64,000 bases of DNA from a plasmid, in the sequence record NZ_CP040186.1, one strand, 5' to 3'. Under the pieces are notes generated by a model. That model saw nothing but the letters and a program-made list of their open reading frames with translations. It was not told the origin of the DNA and did not search any database. Each line of letters begins with the position of its first letter. The first letter of the stretch is position 1. Made by a program: the position numbers and the translations under genes. Shown here in pieces: positions 1 through 10,499 of this stretch.

Positions 1-897
1 ATGCGAATGAAGAGAAATTTGAAGGCCATACCTGTTCTGGTCGCCGGTTTGTTTACCTCACAGCTTTCTATTGCGGCGGGCTCCGTCTCTGCAGATCCCC
101 ACGCCGGGCACGACATGTCTGCCATGCAGATGCCAGCAGATGAGAATTTCACTGAGATGACGTCAATGGAGCCCATTGTAACTGAGAGCAGAACGCCAAT
201 TCCGCCTGTTACCGATGCCGACCGGAAGGCTGCATTCGGCAATTTACAGGGGCATGCGATTCACGACAGTGCGATTAATTATCTGGTTCTGCTGGATCAA
301 CTGGAATGGCAACGGTCGGATAACACCAACAATTTCAGCTGGAGTGTTAACAGCTGGATTGGAGGCGACACAGATCGGATTTGGCTAAAGAGTGAAGGTG
401 AACGAAGCAATGGGGAAACGGAGGCGGCTGAAGCGCAGTTACTCTGGGGACATGCGGTTGGCCCATGGTGGGATTTGGTTGCGGGTGTCAGGCAGGATTT
501 CAGACCTGCTTCTGCCCGGACCTGGGCTGCTGTCGGTTTTCAGGGGCTGGCACTCTATAATTTTGAGTCTGAAATTACGGGTTTTGTCAGTAATGGCGGA
601 AAAGCAGCCCTTCGTCTGGGAGGAGAATACGACGTTTTACTGACTAACCGGCTCATACTCCAGCCATCCTATGAGGTGAATTTCTACAGTCAGGATGATG
701 AATCGCGGGGTCGCGGCAGGGGACTGACTGACACAGAGCTGGGGCTCCGGCTGCGCTATGAAATACGCCGTGAGTTTGCACCCTATATAGGCGTTTCCTG
801 GAATCAACTTTACGGGAAAACATCCGATATGGCGAAAAGAGAAGGTGAGAAAGACCATCAGGTAGTATTCCTGGCGGGAGCCAGAATCTGGTTTTAA
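1..897 (+). CDS. pcoB: Copper resistance protein B (outer membrane). The ORF starts at the window edge but has a Met start and signal peptide, so is probably complete.
   Basis: 298-aa ORF beginning [18 protein letters not shown] with a Met/His-rich N-terminal region, recognised as PcoB. Followed in order by pcoC, pcoD, pcoR, pcoS and pcoE. Confidence 0.9.
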   Translation: MRMKRNLKAIPVLVAGLFTSQLSIAAGSVSADPHAGHDMSAMQMPADENFTEMTSMEPIVTESRTPIPPVTDADRKAAFGNLQGHAIHDSAINYLVLLDQLEWQRSDNTNNFSWSVNSWIGGDTDRIWLKSEGERSNGETEAAEAQLLWGHAVGPWWDLVAGVRQDFRPASARTWAAVGFQGLALYNFESEITGFVSNGGKAALRLGGEYDVLLTNRLILQPSYEVNFYSQDDESRGRGRGLTDTELGLRLRYEIRREFAPYIGVSWNQLYGKTSDMAKREGEKDHQVVFLAGARIWF

Positions 898-936
898 CGC
901 ACTGATATAAAACACTCAACTAAACAGGTAAATAAA

Positions 937-1317
937 ATGTCGATTTTAAATAAAGCCATTCTTACAGGTGGCCTCGTTATGGGCGTTGCTTTCTCTGCTA
1001 CGGCCCATCCGGAATTAAAAAGCTCTGTGCCACAGGCTGATTCAGCCGTAGCGGCCCCGGAAAAGATTCAGCTTAATTTCTCGGAAAATCTGACCGTGAA
1101 ATTCTCAGGTGCAAAATTAACGATGACGGGTATGAAAGGCATGTCATCACATTCTCCGATGCCGGTCGCGGCAAAAGTGGCGCCAGGCGCTGACCCTAAA
1201 TCGATGGTCATTATTCCGCGAGAGCCTTTACCCGCTGGCACTTATCGTGTTGACTGGCGCGCGGTTTCTTCAGATACGCACCCTATTACCGGTAATTACA
1301 CCTTTACAGTGAAGTAA
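937..1317 (+). CDS. pcoC: Periplasmic copper-binding protein PcoC
   Basis: 126 aa with a signal peptide and Met-rich motifs ([13 protein letters not shown]), matching the CopC/PcoC family. Conserved position after pcoB. Confidence 0.9.
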   Translation: MSILNKAILTGGLVMGVAFSATAHPELKSSVPQADSAVAAPEKIQLNFSENLTVKFSGAKLTMTGMKGMSSHSPMPVAAKVAPGADPKSMVIIPREPLPAGTYRVDWRAVSSDTHPITGNYTFTVK

Positions 1318-1321
1318 TATT

Positions 1322-2251
1322 ATGAACGACCTGATTATGATTGTTATTCGTTTTCTTCTTTATCTGGATTTGATGGTAATATTTGGATTGCCATTTTTTC
1401 AGATATATGGAATAAGCGGTGTCAGACATGAAACCTATAACCTGACTAATTTCAGGTCGTTTATAACCTTTGCTGTTGTTACAGGCATCATTCTTACTGG
1501 CATTAATATGCTCCTGGTATCTAATGCCATGAGTGGAGTAACTGACCTCAGAGAATTATCCATCCATGTTATCGAGATGGTGATAGAAGAAACTGATGTG
1601 GGTATTAGCTGGATTGTCAGGCTCTGTGCCCTGTTTACCACACTCGGTGCTTTGTTCCTTTACACTAATAAGAGAGTATTGTCCTGCCTGCTGATGACGA
1701 TGAGTGGGGGCGTGGCGCTGGCTACACTTGCCTGGGGAGGACACGCCGTTATGCATGACGGTCTGCATTACTATCTCCATTTACTGAGCGATCTGACCCA
1801 TCTCGGCGCTGCAGGTGCCTGGACAGGTGCTCTGGTTGCATTTGCTATCCTGCTGATGCGCAGAAACGAGCATAATGCACAGAGCGTCATTGTGATATCT
1901 GACTCCCTGGCAAAATTTGCCACGGCAGGAACGGTGATTGTTGTAGCCCTGATCCTGAGTGCGCTGGTCAACTATCTGTATATTGCTGAGGGTAACTTAA
2001 CTCCCTTATTCAACAGTTCCTGGGGGAGGATATTGCTTGCCAAGACGGCTCTGTTTGTTCTGATGCTTCTTCTGGCTGCAGCAAACCGGTTTCACCTGGG
2101 TCCCCGGCTTGAAGTTATGGTCAGGGAAGGGAATTATGATCGCAGCGTTGCCCTGATGCGAAACAGCATCCTGACAGAATTCGTTGTTGCGATTATCATT
2201 CTGGGCGCCGTAGCGTGGCTTGGAATGCTTGCTCCGTCTCAGATCAGCTAG
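1322..2251 (+). CDS. pcoD: Inner-membrane copper resistance protein PcoD
   Basis: 309-aa polytopic hydrophobic protein immediately after pcoC, matching the CopD/PcoD family. Confidence 0.9.
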   Translation: MNDLIMIVIRFLLYLDLMVIFGLPFFQIYGISGVRHETYNLTNFRSFITFAVVTGIILTGINMLLVSNAMSGVTDLRELSIHVIEMVIEETDVGISWIVRLCALFTTLGALFLYTNKRVLSCLLMTMSGGVALATLAWGGHAVMHDGLHYYLHLLSDLTHLGAAGAWTGALVAFAILLMRRNEHNAQSVIVISDSLAKFATAGTVIVVALILSALVNYLYIAEGNLTPLFNSSWGRILLAKTALFVLMLLLAAANRFHLGPRLEVMVREGNYDRSVALMRNSILTEFVVAIIILGAVAWLGMLAPSQIS

Positions 2252-2305
2252 GGGACAGCCAAAGCTCATGCGTGAGATTTTTACTTTCATATCAGCGAGT
2301 TGACC

Positions 2306-2986
2306 ATGCAGCGTATTTTAATCGTTGAAGACGAACAAAAAACAGGTCGTTACCTGCAGCAGGGACTGGTTGAGGAAGGCTATCAGGCCGATCTCTTTAA
2401 TAATGGCCGCGATGGTCTCGGGGCCGCGTCGAAGGGACAGTATGATTTGATAATACTGGACGTGATGCTGCCTTTCCTCGACGGGTGGCAAATCATCAGC
2501 GCACTGAGGGAGTCCGGGCACGAAGAACCGGTCCTGTTTTTAACCGCAAAGGACAACGTGCGGGACAAAGTGAAAGGACTGGAGCTTGGCGCAGATGACT
2601 ACCTGATTAAGCCCTTTGATTTTACGGAGCTGGTTGCACGTGTAAGAACCCTACTGCGCCGGGCACGCTCGCAGGCCGCAACAGTCTGCACCATCGCCGA
2701 TATGACCGTTGATATGGTGCGCCGGACCGTGATCCGTTCGGGGAAGAAGATCCATCTCACCGGTAAAGAATACGTTCTGCTTGAGTTGCTGCTGCAACGC
2801 ACCGGAGAAGTGTTACCCAGGAGTCTTATCTCGTCCCTGGTCTGGAACATGAATTTTGACAGTGATACGAATGTGATTGATGTCGCCGTGAGACGTCTGA
2901 GAAGTAAAATTGATGATGACTTTGAGCCAAAACTGATCCATACCGTTCGCGGTGCCGGATATGTCCTGGAGATCAGAGAAGAGTGA
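2306..2986 (+). CDS. pcoR: OmpR-family response regulator PcoR
   Basis: Receiver domain (ILIVEDE...[10 protein letters not shown]) plus a winged-helix C-terminus. The Met at 2306 is preferred over the TTG at 2300. Overlaps the pcoS start. Confidence 0.9.
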   Translation: MQRILIVEDEQKTGRYLQQGLVEEGYQADLFNNGRDGLGAASKGQYDLIILDVMLPFLDGWQIISALRESGHEEPVLFLTAKDNVRDKVKGLELGADDYLIKPFDFTELVARVRTLLRRARSQAATVCTIADMTVDMVRRTVIRSGKKIHLTGKEYVLLELLLQRTGEVLPRSLISSLVWNMNFDSDTNVIDVAVRRLRSKIDDDFEPKLIHTVRGAGYVLEIREE

Positions 2987-4383
2987 GGTTCAAAATTTCC
3001 CTGACCACACGCCTGAGCCTGATTTTTTCTGCGGTGATGCTTACGGTATGGTGGTTATCAAGTTTTATCCTGATTAGCACCCTGAATGGCTATTTCGATA
3101 ATCAGGACCGCGATTTTCTGACAGGTAAACTTCAGCTCACCGAAGAGTTTCTTAAAACAGAGACGTTCAGGAACAAAACGGATATTAAGTCATTATCAGA
3201 AAAAATAAACGATGCGATGGTGGGGCACAATGGCTTATTCATTTCTATAAAAAACATGGAAAATGAAAAAATTGTTGAACTCTATGCCAAAAATTCTGTT
3301 GTTCCAGCGGTCCTGCTTAATAAGTCGGGTGATATTCTCGACTATATGATCCAGACGGAAGAAAATAACACCGTGTACCGCAGTATCTCGCGGCGGGTTG
3401 CCGTGACGCCGGAACAGGGTAAAAGCAAACATGTCATCATTACGGTTGCCACGGATACTGGGTATCACACCCTGTTTATGGACAAACTCAGTACCTGGCT
3501 GTTCTGGTTCAATATCGGTCTGGTCTTTATTTCTGTTATTCTGGGCTGGCTGACCACACGTATTGGTCTGAAACCGCTACGGGAAATGACCAGTCTGGCT
3601 TCCTCCATGACCGTACACAGCCTGGATCAGCGTCTAAATCCCGATCTGGCTCCGCCGGAAATCTCTGAGACCATGCAGGAGTTCAATAATATGTTTGATC
3701 GCCTGGAGGGGGCATTCCGGAAACTGTCAGATTTCTCGTCTGACATCGCGCATGAGCTGCGCACACCAGTCAGTAATCTGATGATGCAGACGCAGTTTGC
3801 ACTGGCTAAGGAAAGGGATGTTTCGCATTACCGCGAAATTTTATTCGCTAACCTGGAAGAACTGAAAAGGTTGTCACGAATGACCAGTGACATGCTTTTT
3901 CTGGCACGTTCAGAGCATGGTCTGCTGCGGCTGGATAAACATGATGTGGATCTGGCAGCCGAACTGAATGAATTACGTGAGTTGTTCGAGCCCCTGGCAG
4001 ACGAAACAGGAAAGACAATCACGGTTGAAGGAGAGGGCGTTGTTGCCGGAGACAGCGATATGCTCCGACGTGCTTTCAGTAACCTGCTTTCCAATGCAAT
4101 CAAGTATTCTCCCGATAACACCTGTACAGCGATACACCTTGAGCGTGACAGTGACTGTGTGAACGTGATGATTACGAATACGATGTCCGGCCAGGTTCCC
4201 GCTAATCTGGAACGTTTGTTTGACCGGTTCTATCGCGCAGACTCATCAAGGTTCTACAACACGGAAGGCGCGGGGCTGGGATTATCAATTACAAGGTCGA
4301 TCATTCATGCTCACGGCGGCGAGCTGTCAGCAGAACAGCAGGGGCGGGAAATTGTGTTCAGTGTGCGTCTGTTAATGGATTAA
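2983..4383 (+). CDS. pcoS: Sensor histidine kinase PcoS
   Basis: 466 aa with two transmembrane segments, an H-box (AHELRTP) and an ATPase G-box (GAGLGLSI). Coupled to pcoR by an ATGA overlap. Confidence 0.9.
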   Translation: MRFKISLTTRLSLIFSAVMLTVWWLSSFILISTLNGYFDNQDRDFLTGKLQLTEEFLKTETFRNKTDIKSLSEKINDAMVGHNGLFISIKNMENEKIVELYAKNSVVPAVLLNKSGDILDYMIQTEENNTVYRSISRRVAVTPEQGKSKHVIITVATDTGYHTLFMDKLSTWLFWFNIGLVFISVILGWLTTRIGLKPLREMTSLASSMTVHSLDQRLNPDLAPPEISETMQEFNNMFDRLEGAFRKLSDFSSDIAHELRTPVSNLMMQTQFALAKERDVSHYREILFANLEELKRLSRMTSDMLFLARSEHGLLRLDKHDVDLAAELNELRELFEPLADETGKTITVEGEGVVAGDSDMLRRAFSNLLSNAIKYSPDNTCTAIHLERDSDCVNVMITNTMSGQVPANLERLFDRFYRADSSRFYNTEGAGLGLSITRSIIHAHGGELSAEQQGREIVFSVRLLMD

Positions 4384-4411
4384 TACCGTTATTCAGGAGA
4401 AACCCGGAAGG

Positions 4412-4425
4412 TGACAAAAATGTCA
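4412..4425 (+). promoter_or_regulatory. Putative copper box (PcoR/CusR binding palindrome) upstream of pcoE
   Basis: Palindrome TGACAAAAATGTCA about 170 bp upstream of pcoE, resembling the TGACAA-NN-TTGTCA cop box. Confidence 0.45.
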
Positions 4426-4598
4426 TCGTTCAGTCACGCGATAAACAGAGGCGGTTTTTTATAATCAGCCATAAATCAGGACAGCGTGATAATTCAATCG
4501 CCCGGTTCCTGGCGTGATGATCAACCAGCCCTGAGATCAAATGCTTTCTCTGTTATAAGCATTGATTGTTCGGGTATGAAAACACCGGAGACCCAACC

Positions 4599-5033
4599 AT
4601 GAAAAAGATCCTTGTATCCTTTATTGCCATGATGGCTGTCGCTTCATCTGCCTGGGCTGCAGAGACAATGAACATGCATGACCAGGTAAATAATGCCCAG
4701 GCGCCTGCCCATCAGATGCAATCATCCGCTGAAAAAAGTGCAGTTCAGGGGGAGAGCATGAAAATGATGGATATGAGCGGTCACGATCAGGCCGCAATGT
4801 CCCATGAAATGATGCAAAACGGCAATTCTGCCGCCCATCAGGACATGGCTGAAATGCATAAAAAAATGATGAAAGCCAAACCTGAGAACACCCAAGAAAC
4901 TGCTAAGCCATTTTCCGAAATGAGCGAGCATGAGAAAGCCGCTGTTGTGCATGAGAAGGCGAATAATGGCCAGTCTTCCGTTATTCATCAGCAACAGGCG
5001 GAAAAGCATCGCAGCCAGATCACCCAGAATTAA
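4599..5033 (+). CDS. pcoE: Periplasmic Met/His-rich copper-binding protein PcoE
   Basis: Signal peptide MKKILVSFIAMMAVASSAWA followed by a highly M/H/Q-rich sequence. Start moved to the Met at 4599, since the ORF-track start is a TTG. Confidence 0.85.
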   Translation: MKKILVSFIAMMAVASSAWAAETMNMHDQVNNAQAPAHQMQSSAEKSAVQGESMKMMDMSGHDQAAMSHEMMQNGNSAAHQDMAEMHKKMMKAKPENTQETAKPFSEMSEHEKAAVVHEKANNGQSSVIHQQQAEKHRSQITQN

Positions 5034-5086
5034 CCCGCAGCTCCACTTGTCAGACCCTCATTTGACGCCGAAGTCACTGGCTTACG

Positions 5087-5110
5087 CTCCCGTCCGGGAG
5101 CGTTTTTTTT
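5087..5110 (+). terminator. Rho-independent terminator after pcoE
   Basis: Hairpin CTCCCG-TC-CGGGAG followed by a T8 run. Confidence 0.55.
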
Positions 5111-5183
5111 ATAAGCGAAATGAATAATAATGAAAGAGTCCATACACAATGTTTTTTTTGGTCATGTCGACCTCACAATTAAC

Positions 5184-5510
5184 TTATATTGTTTGAGAAT
5201 CCTGTTCCCCGGTCATCTCCAGGGTGCATGTCGCGCCGTATCCTGAGACTGGCTGAGAATACGAATGACCGTAACCATAGAATGTGATGATACAAAATAG
5301 ATCGTATGCCGGTTCTACCGGCAGTGTGCAGATATCGTCTCCCAGCTCTGCACAATGCGTGCCGATATCATGCATGGCCAGCACATCAAATACTGCAGCT
5401 ATACGACCGATCTATGCATCCGCCTGAACAACCCCGATCTGTCTGAAGCTGAAGTCCCAGATGGCCTCCAGATCCTCTTCTGCTTTGGGTGTCAGCTCAA
5501 TCTCTTTCAT
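5184..5510 (-). pseudogene. ParE/RelE-like toxin interrupted by an in-frame TAG at 5412-5414
   Basis: N-terminus MKEIELTPKAEEDLEAIWDFSF is typical of ParE. It sits in the same frame as the 66-aa ORF at 5184-5384, separated only by one amber codon, and overlaps the upstream antitoxin. Confidence 0.45.
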
Positions 5511-5676
5511 TTGCCACCCTGGCCCTGACATTCCTCAGGAATGCATTCTTGTTCCATGGTTTCGCCTCGCCGCTGCTGATCCCTTCGGCCAGCAGATCGC
5601 GCAGTTCCTGAAGTCTGGATTCAGCCTGCTTTTCATGCAGCTCATCACCCACGTCCACCGTCATCGTACGAGCCAT
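5497..5676 (-). CDS. ParD-like (RHH/COG3609) antitoxin
   Basis: 59-aa ORF, absent from the track because it is under 60 aa: MARTMTVDVGDELHEKQAESRLQELRDLLAEGISSGEAKPWNKNAFLRNVRARVANERD. Overlaps the toxin start by 14 nt. Confidence 0.5.
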   Translation of the reverse strand: MARTMTVDVGDELHEKQAESRLQELRDLLAEGISSGEAKPWNKNAFLRNVRARVANERD

Positions 5677-5929
5677 AACCCCTCCATATCTTAATGTAAG
5701 ATTTATTCTTACATCATTAAATCAGCTTACTACGCTGCTTCCATCTCCGGCATTTTTTCAAAAAAGCCCTGCTGCAGTCTGGAGATCCGACTTTGCCTTT
5801 TTCCGGATCTGTGCAAAATGAAGAGAGTGACGCTGGAATCATAACTTATCCTATGCATCAAATTCATCCTGAAAAATGCAGATATAAAATATTGCATCAC
5901 ATTTACGCGTGTGAGATGCTGATATCAGA

Positions 5930-6544
5930 ATGCAGTCAGTAGTCGTTAACAGGGTGCCCGTAATGAAAGATGCCAAATCAAAAGACCCCTCTGAGTTGTT
6001 TAACACCATTACGGTGCGTAATGTGCCAGTTGATGTGGATGAAGCTATCACGCGGCAGGCTAAAGCCGCCGGCAAATCAAAGAGTGATTTTGTGCAGGAG
6101 TTTCTGACGGCAACATTTGGCGATCTGATCGGCAATTTCATCCGCACCAGTGAACTGGTTGCCCTGATGGACCAGGAAATGGCGAGGATGGCCGGAACAG
6201 TACTGAGCGAGCATGTTTATGATCTGGAGATGACTCAGGCCGGCCACCGGGAGTTCTGCCGTATTCTCGGGATAAAAAACAACGATGATTTGCAGCGCAT
6301 TATGCTCGCGGGGATGCCATACCTTCAGATCCGCGCCGGACAGCTGAGAGGGATTGACAGCCTGGCAAGGGGGAACTCCCTGTATGCCGCACTGCTGGTC
6401 AACGGGGCGTCCCGGGATGAAGAGACGGTACAGGCGCTTCACCGGTCACTTTTTAATATGTTCCCGGAAACTGTTTTTCAGGAAATGATTAATGAACTGC
6501 GAAAGGCAATGCGCATGGACGCTTTTGAATGGTCGCTTATCTGA
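5930..6544 (+). CDS. Hypothetical protein with an N-terminal ribbon-helix-helix (VapB/FitA-like) motif and a C-terminal domain of unknown function. The alternative start is at 5963.
   Basis: Segment ITVRNVPVDVDEAITRQAKAAGKSKSDFVQEFL resembles the RHH antitoxin fold. The remaining roughly 140 aa are unrecognised. Confidence 0.45.
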   Translation: MQSVVVNRVPVMKDAKSKDPSELFNTITVRNVPVDVDEAITRQAKAAGKSKSDFVQEFLTATFGDLIGNFIRTSELVALMDQEMARMAGTVLSEHVYDLEMTQAGHREFCRILGIKNNDDLQRIMLAGMPYLQIRAGQLRGIDSLARGNSLYAALLVNGASRDEETVQALHRSLFNMFPETVFQEMINELRKAMRMDAFEWSLI

Positions 6545-6699
6545 GACAGATATAAACGAGAAAAGCCACCCCGAGGGATGGCTTTTCCGGTACTAACTTT
6601 AACGCACGGGTCCGAAGAAATCCGCGCCTTGATGGGATAAATCTACCAGTTACTGGTACGCCCGTCAACCTGACCCTCAGTTTAGCCCGGGAGGGCTGT

Positions 6700-7626
6700 A
6701 TGCAGCTGGAAGACTATATCTCGGCCGGGCGGCTGAACATTTACACTGACGTGCTGAAGCTGAAACCTGGTGAAGAACTGGGCGGGTATAACTGGAACAA
6801 AGCCGTTTCCGCCGCCATGCAGCCGCTGATGCACTGCCTTGAGGTGACGCTGCGTAACGCCATCGATTACAGTATTCGCCATGCCCGGCTGCCCGGCGCT
6901 GCCGGACACTGGCGAACCGATACCAACTGGATCTTTGATTTACCCCGCTATATCGGTGACAAGACCTGGATACGCCAGAACAAGCGCTACAAAACCGATG
7001 CCCGTGGCCAGAAGCTCATGCATCACGGGAAACCGGTGTATGACCGGACAGCCTGGGAAGAAGACTGTATCCGTAAGGTGTCAAAACGTATCCGTGCTGC
7101 GGGCAAGGCGCCGACGGCAGAGCGGGTGATCTCCGGTCTGGACTTTGGTTTCTGGACCAATTTTCTCACGAAAAACTACGATGAACCGCGGAACCGCTCG
7201 CTCCTGTGGCCCCAGTTGCTTCCGTCGGTGTTCCCCGGCGCCCCGGCCGGCACCCCCCGTCACGTGCTGGAAAAGAAATTTACCCGTATCCGTGACTTGC
7301 GTAACCGCCTGGCGCACCATGAAGCAGTCTGGAAATTCCAGGAGGAAGATCCGGTTACCGGTGCGCCGGATTACAACCGCCCGGTATATGGTCTTCAGGC
7401 GTCCCTGCAGCTGTTGCGTCGGGCATGGAAAGATATGCTGGAGGCTCTCAGCTGGCTCAGTCCTGCAAGGCATGCTGCGTTTCTGGCAGAAGGTCATCAT
7501 CTGCGTTTCGAGGCACTGGCCACGCACGATGGTTTGCTGAGTTTCACCGGACGGGCACAGCTGATGCACGACCTGAACGTGCGGCGCAGTAAAGAGATCA
7601 GAAAATTATTGCGGGGGCTCGGATAG
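6700..7626 (+). CDS. Abi_2 (AbiD/AbiF-like) abortive-infection family protein
   Basis: 308 aa with a good RBS (GGGAGGG). The motif FTRIRDLRNRLAHHEAVW resembles the conserved R-N-x-x-A-H-H core of the Abi_2 family. Confidence 0.5.
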   Translation: MQLEDYISAGRLNIYTDVLKLKPGEELGGYNWNKAVSAAMQPLMHCLEVTLRNAIDYSIRHARLPGAAGHWRTDTNWIFDLPRYIGDKTWIRQNKRYKTDARGQKLMHHGKPVYDRTAWEEDCIRKVSKRIRAAGKAPTAERVISGLDFGFWTNFLTKNYDEPRNRSLLWPQLLPSVFPGAPAGTPRHVLEKKFTRIRDLRNRLAHHEAVWKFQEEDPVTGAPDYNRPVYGLQASLQLLRRAWKDMLEALSWLSPARHAAFLAEGHHLRFEALATHDGLLSFTGRAQLMHDLNVRRSKEIRKLLRGLG

Positions 7627-7839
7627 CAAAAAATCATCCGCCTGACCAGCCGTACCCGGATCATTGCCATTATTGGTCCCGATTTTATCCGTACCCTCTG
7701 ACCTTTCCCCTCCCTTGTGGCAGGGGATTCTTCACAAAACACTGAAAGCTGAACGGCTTCCGTTGCCATTTTCAGCAGGACATGAGGCACGTCCCACTTG
7801 CTTTCCGCATAGCCAGACATGCCATGCTGACGCAAAGCG

Positions 7840-8424
7840 TTAGTCGCTCATCCACTGAAACGTAAGTTGCTTATTAATGGCAGATACATCATCCGGCATA
7901 GCCAGAAAATAAAAATGAGGTGTTCCAGACCGCTTCAGTACCTCATAACGATGGGTCCCGTCCCCGAAATGAAATCCACCATCTTCGTGCACAGATAACA
8001 GGACCGGTGAAACAGGCCATCCTTTTGCGATATGCAGTATGGCCTTTCCGAGTTTCGGGTTGGTAATTTCCACCCAGAGGCTGGAATCTGTCAGTCGAAA
8101 GAAGGAATTAATAAGCGGGTCAAAATCAGCAAAAGAGGCTTTCCCCAGCACCAGAGAACTGAGATCAATTTGTTCACAGTCAGCAGGCTGCAATACCCGT
8201 GGACCAGGAAGGTAAATCGAATGTCTGCGCCCCGGAACAGACAGATCCCAGTTAATGTCTGTCTGTCCTGCCGTTGGCCATCTGTCCGGAGACAACCCCT
8301 CCAGGGCATCAATCTCATCATCTGAAATCCGGAACAATTCTTCCTGGTGATCGCCTTTAAACATTAAACTCAACGCTTCGGCCCACATATCGCGAGCTTC
8401 ATTGTTCTGGTCTGTCATTGCCAT
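7840..8424 (-). CDS. Hypothetical protein
   Basis: 194-aa ORF convergent with the Abi_2 gene. AGGAGA RBS lies before the ATG at 8424. No recognisable motif. Confidence 0.4.
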   Translation of the reverse strand: MAMTDQNNEARDMWAEALSLMFKGDHQEELFRISDDEIDALEGLSPDRWPTAGQTDINWDLSVPGRRHSIYLPGPRVLQPADCEQIDLSSLVLGKASFADFDPLINSFFRLTDSSLWVEITNPKLGKAILHIAKGWPVSPVLLSVHEDGGFHFGDGTHRYEVLKRSGTPHFYFLAMPDDVSAINKQLTFQWMSD

Positions 8425-8707
8425 GTTCTCCTGTACTAAGAAGGCCACATTGTGCGCCTTTTCACGCTCTGGAGCCTAATACAGGCATGTGATAATCCTT
8501 GCTTCCTACTTAGCCAGAAACCGGATCTGCGCGGCGGGAAACGCGCAAAGGATATGATAATCAAACCAAACACATAAAATCATACTGAATGTGATATTTA
8601 GCATTAAACACACAATAATATCTGATATGATATTTGAATTATTAGTAATAAATCATACATGATATGACTTTTAACCTAACCGGACATGTTCAGACGGAGC
8701 GAGCAGG

Positions 8708-8971
8708 ATGGATGAGAAAGAAGTGAATTTTTCACTCAGCTATGAGCAGCTGACCCGGATAGCGGAAGAGCGTATCCGTGAATGCAATCTGGACAGCCAG
8801 GGCGCGATTTACATCAGCGAGTCAGCCAAGGCCGGTGCCGTGCTGAGCTATTGGTATGAACTGGCCATAAATGGCTATGCCTCAGTGAATGCCATAAAGA
8901 GACAAGAGCTCATAGACGCCGATCACCTGCGCCTCAGACAACTCATCTGGCCGGAGGCGGACAAGCAATGA
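8708..8971 (+). CDS. Hypothetical protein, first gene of a two-gene cassette
   Basis: 87-aa ORF with a GAGCGAGCAGG RBS. Stop overlaps the next start (ATGA). Confidence 0.4.
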   Translation: MDEKEVNFSLSYEQLTRIAEERIRECNLDSQGAIYISESAKAGAVLSYWYELAINGYASVNAIKRQELIDADHLRLRQLIWPEADKQ

Positions 8972-9534
8972 CTCAGGCGCGCCGACCATCGCCGCTGCAG
9001 CGGCGGGTGCTGATTGTGCTGGCCGCCCTCGATGCGAAACGTCCGGGGCCGGTGGCGACGCGGGATATCGAGCGGGTGCTGGAGCAGGGCGGGGATGCCC
9101 CGGTGTACGGGCCGAACCTGCGCGCCTCCTGCCGGCGCATGGAAGCCGCGGGCTGGCTGCGCACCCTGCGCGCCCCGAACCTGCAGCTGGCCGTCGAGCT
9201 GACGGAGGCCGGTCGCGGCATTGCAGAACCGCTCTTCCAGGCAGAACGCGAGGCTGAAACGGCACGACAACGACTGACAGACGTCCGGCGTCTGCCGTTA
9301 CGCCAGACGGCTGCCGGTGACGCGGTGGAGCTGCAGCTGGGTGACGGTCATTACTCCCTGCGGGAAGCGGCCTACGTGATCCGTCTGGACGGTACCACCT
9401 GCCTGCAGCTGACGGATGCCGGCGGCATACGCCGGATAAAAGAGGGCGATCCCCTGCAGGTGGCCAGCTGGTATCAGACCTGTTTTGATGCAGGCCTGCC
9501 GGTCACCGTCCAGGTGAATGAGAGCCGGGACTGA
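8968..9534 (+). CDS. Hypothetical protein encoded by strikingly GC-rich DNA, with a possible N-terminal winged-helix motif
   Basis: 188-aa ORF with very high GC relative to its flanks. The opposite strand in the same stretch is also stop-free, which is a hallmark of high-GC DNA. Confidence 0.45.
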   Translation: MTQARRPSPLQRRVLIVLAALDAKRPGPVATRDIERVLEQGGDAPVYGPNLRASCRRMEAAGWLRTLRAPNLQLAVELTEAGRGIAEPLFQAEREAETARQRLTDVRRLPLRQTAAGDAVELQLGDGHYSLREAAYVIRLDGTTCLQLTDAGGIRRIKEGDPLQVASWYQTCFDAGLPVTVQVNESRD

Positions 9535-9564
9535 TAGCCACCACACAAGGAATATGAGCATAAA

Positions 9565-10054
9565 ATGAAAGTCACTGAACCCGGGCTGAATAAGCTGATC
9601 GATAACCTGAACACCCTGATTTGCGAGGACAGCCTGCTCACGCGCCGAGCGTGAAACGCTGGTACTGGCCGTCGCCGCTATCGGCGCCATGAAAGCGCGC
9701 GTCGGCGAAAAAGGCGATGCGCCGACCGTTGCCAGACGGGAAAAAAGGGAGAAAAAAGACCGCCAGCCTGATCCGCGTTTTCCGCGAGCCGGTCATCCCT
9801 GGCAGGAAGACGAAAAAACCTTACTGAGTGATGCGCTCGATTCGGTACCGGACGAAGAGATTGGCAGGCATCTGTTCTGGCTTTCCGAGAAACTGGGCAG
9901 AACGCCTTTCAGTGTTGCTTTCCAGATCGCGGCAATCAGGGAGCTGCAGGACGGCTGGGAGGAGCAGTTCAGGGAGATTTCGGATAACATTCGCTTGTCC
10001 GGCCTGAGCATCAGTGATTATCTTAAGCAGAACGGCACGGACCTGAACGCCTGA
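9565..10054 (+). CDS. Hypothetical protein, apparently frameshifted: ATG at 9565 and downstream frame from 9689
   Basis: MKVTEPGLNKLIDNLNTLICEDSLL... stops after 29 codons. The +1 frame continues without a break into the 121-aa ORF 9689..10054. Confidence 0.3.
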
Positions 10055-10094
10055 ATGCCATTTTCGTTACAGACAAATTATATAACTGAGGGCA

Positions 10095-10466
10095 GTGATG
10101 AAAACAGCGGTATGGGTGGTGGTGTATTTCGCGATGTGTTTTCTGCTTTTCACAGGATGGATGTTCGCCTTTGCGCAGTATGCGCCCTATAACGGGCAGG
10201 AACACGCGTTTTCTCTGACGTATCTGCTTAATTTATTTTTTCTTCATGTTGTGATGGTACCTTACTACGAGTTTATTCAGACTGAAACATACAGCAATGC
10301 ATTAATGAGTATGGCAGATGAATCCGGTCAGATGATACGTTTTCATCACGTAGTGCCTGTTCTCTGGATATATAGTCTGTCCGCACTCTTAACTTTTGTG
10401 GTCTACATTACATATGCAAAATGGTTCACTCATAACCGACTGAAAGAAAAGCATCTTCCAGAATGA
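10095..10466 (+). CDS. Hypothetical membrane protein
   Basis: 123 aa with several hydrophobic helices, in a low-GC block. Confidence 0.35.
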   Translation: MMKTAVWVVVYFAMCFLLFTGWMFAFAQYAPYNGQEHAFSLTYLLNLFFLHVVMVPYYEFIQTETYSNALMSMADESGQMIRFHHVVPVLWIYSLSALLTFVVYITYAKWFTHNRLKEKHLPE

Positions 10467-10499
10467 TATTACCGGGACACCTCAGGATATATAAAATTA

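Noticed and set aside
1-897. Possibility that pcoB is 5'-truncated by the window edge
   Set aside because: The ORF begins with Met-Arg-Met-Lys and a typical signal peptide at position 1 to 7. It appears complete, and only pcoA upstream is missing from the window.
6881-7569. Several ORFs of 82 to 162 aa overlapping the Abi_2 gene on both strands
   Set aside because: They are alternative-frame artefacts in a moderately GC-rich gene. None has a start context or recognisable motif.
8882-9270. Two long minus-strand ORFs (127 and 115 aa) inside the GC-rich gene
   Set aside because: They are stop-codon-poor artefacts of high-GC DNA. They are Arg/Ala/Pro-rich with low complexity and have no start context.
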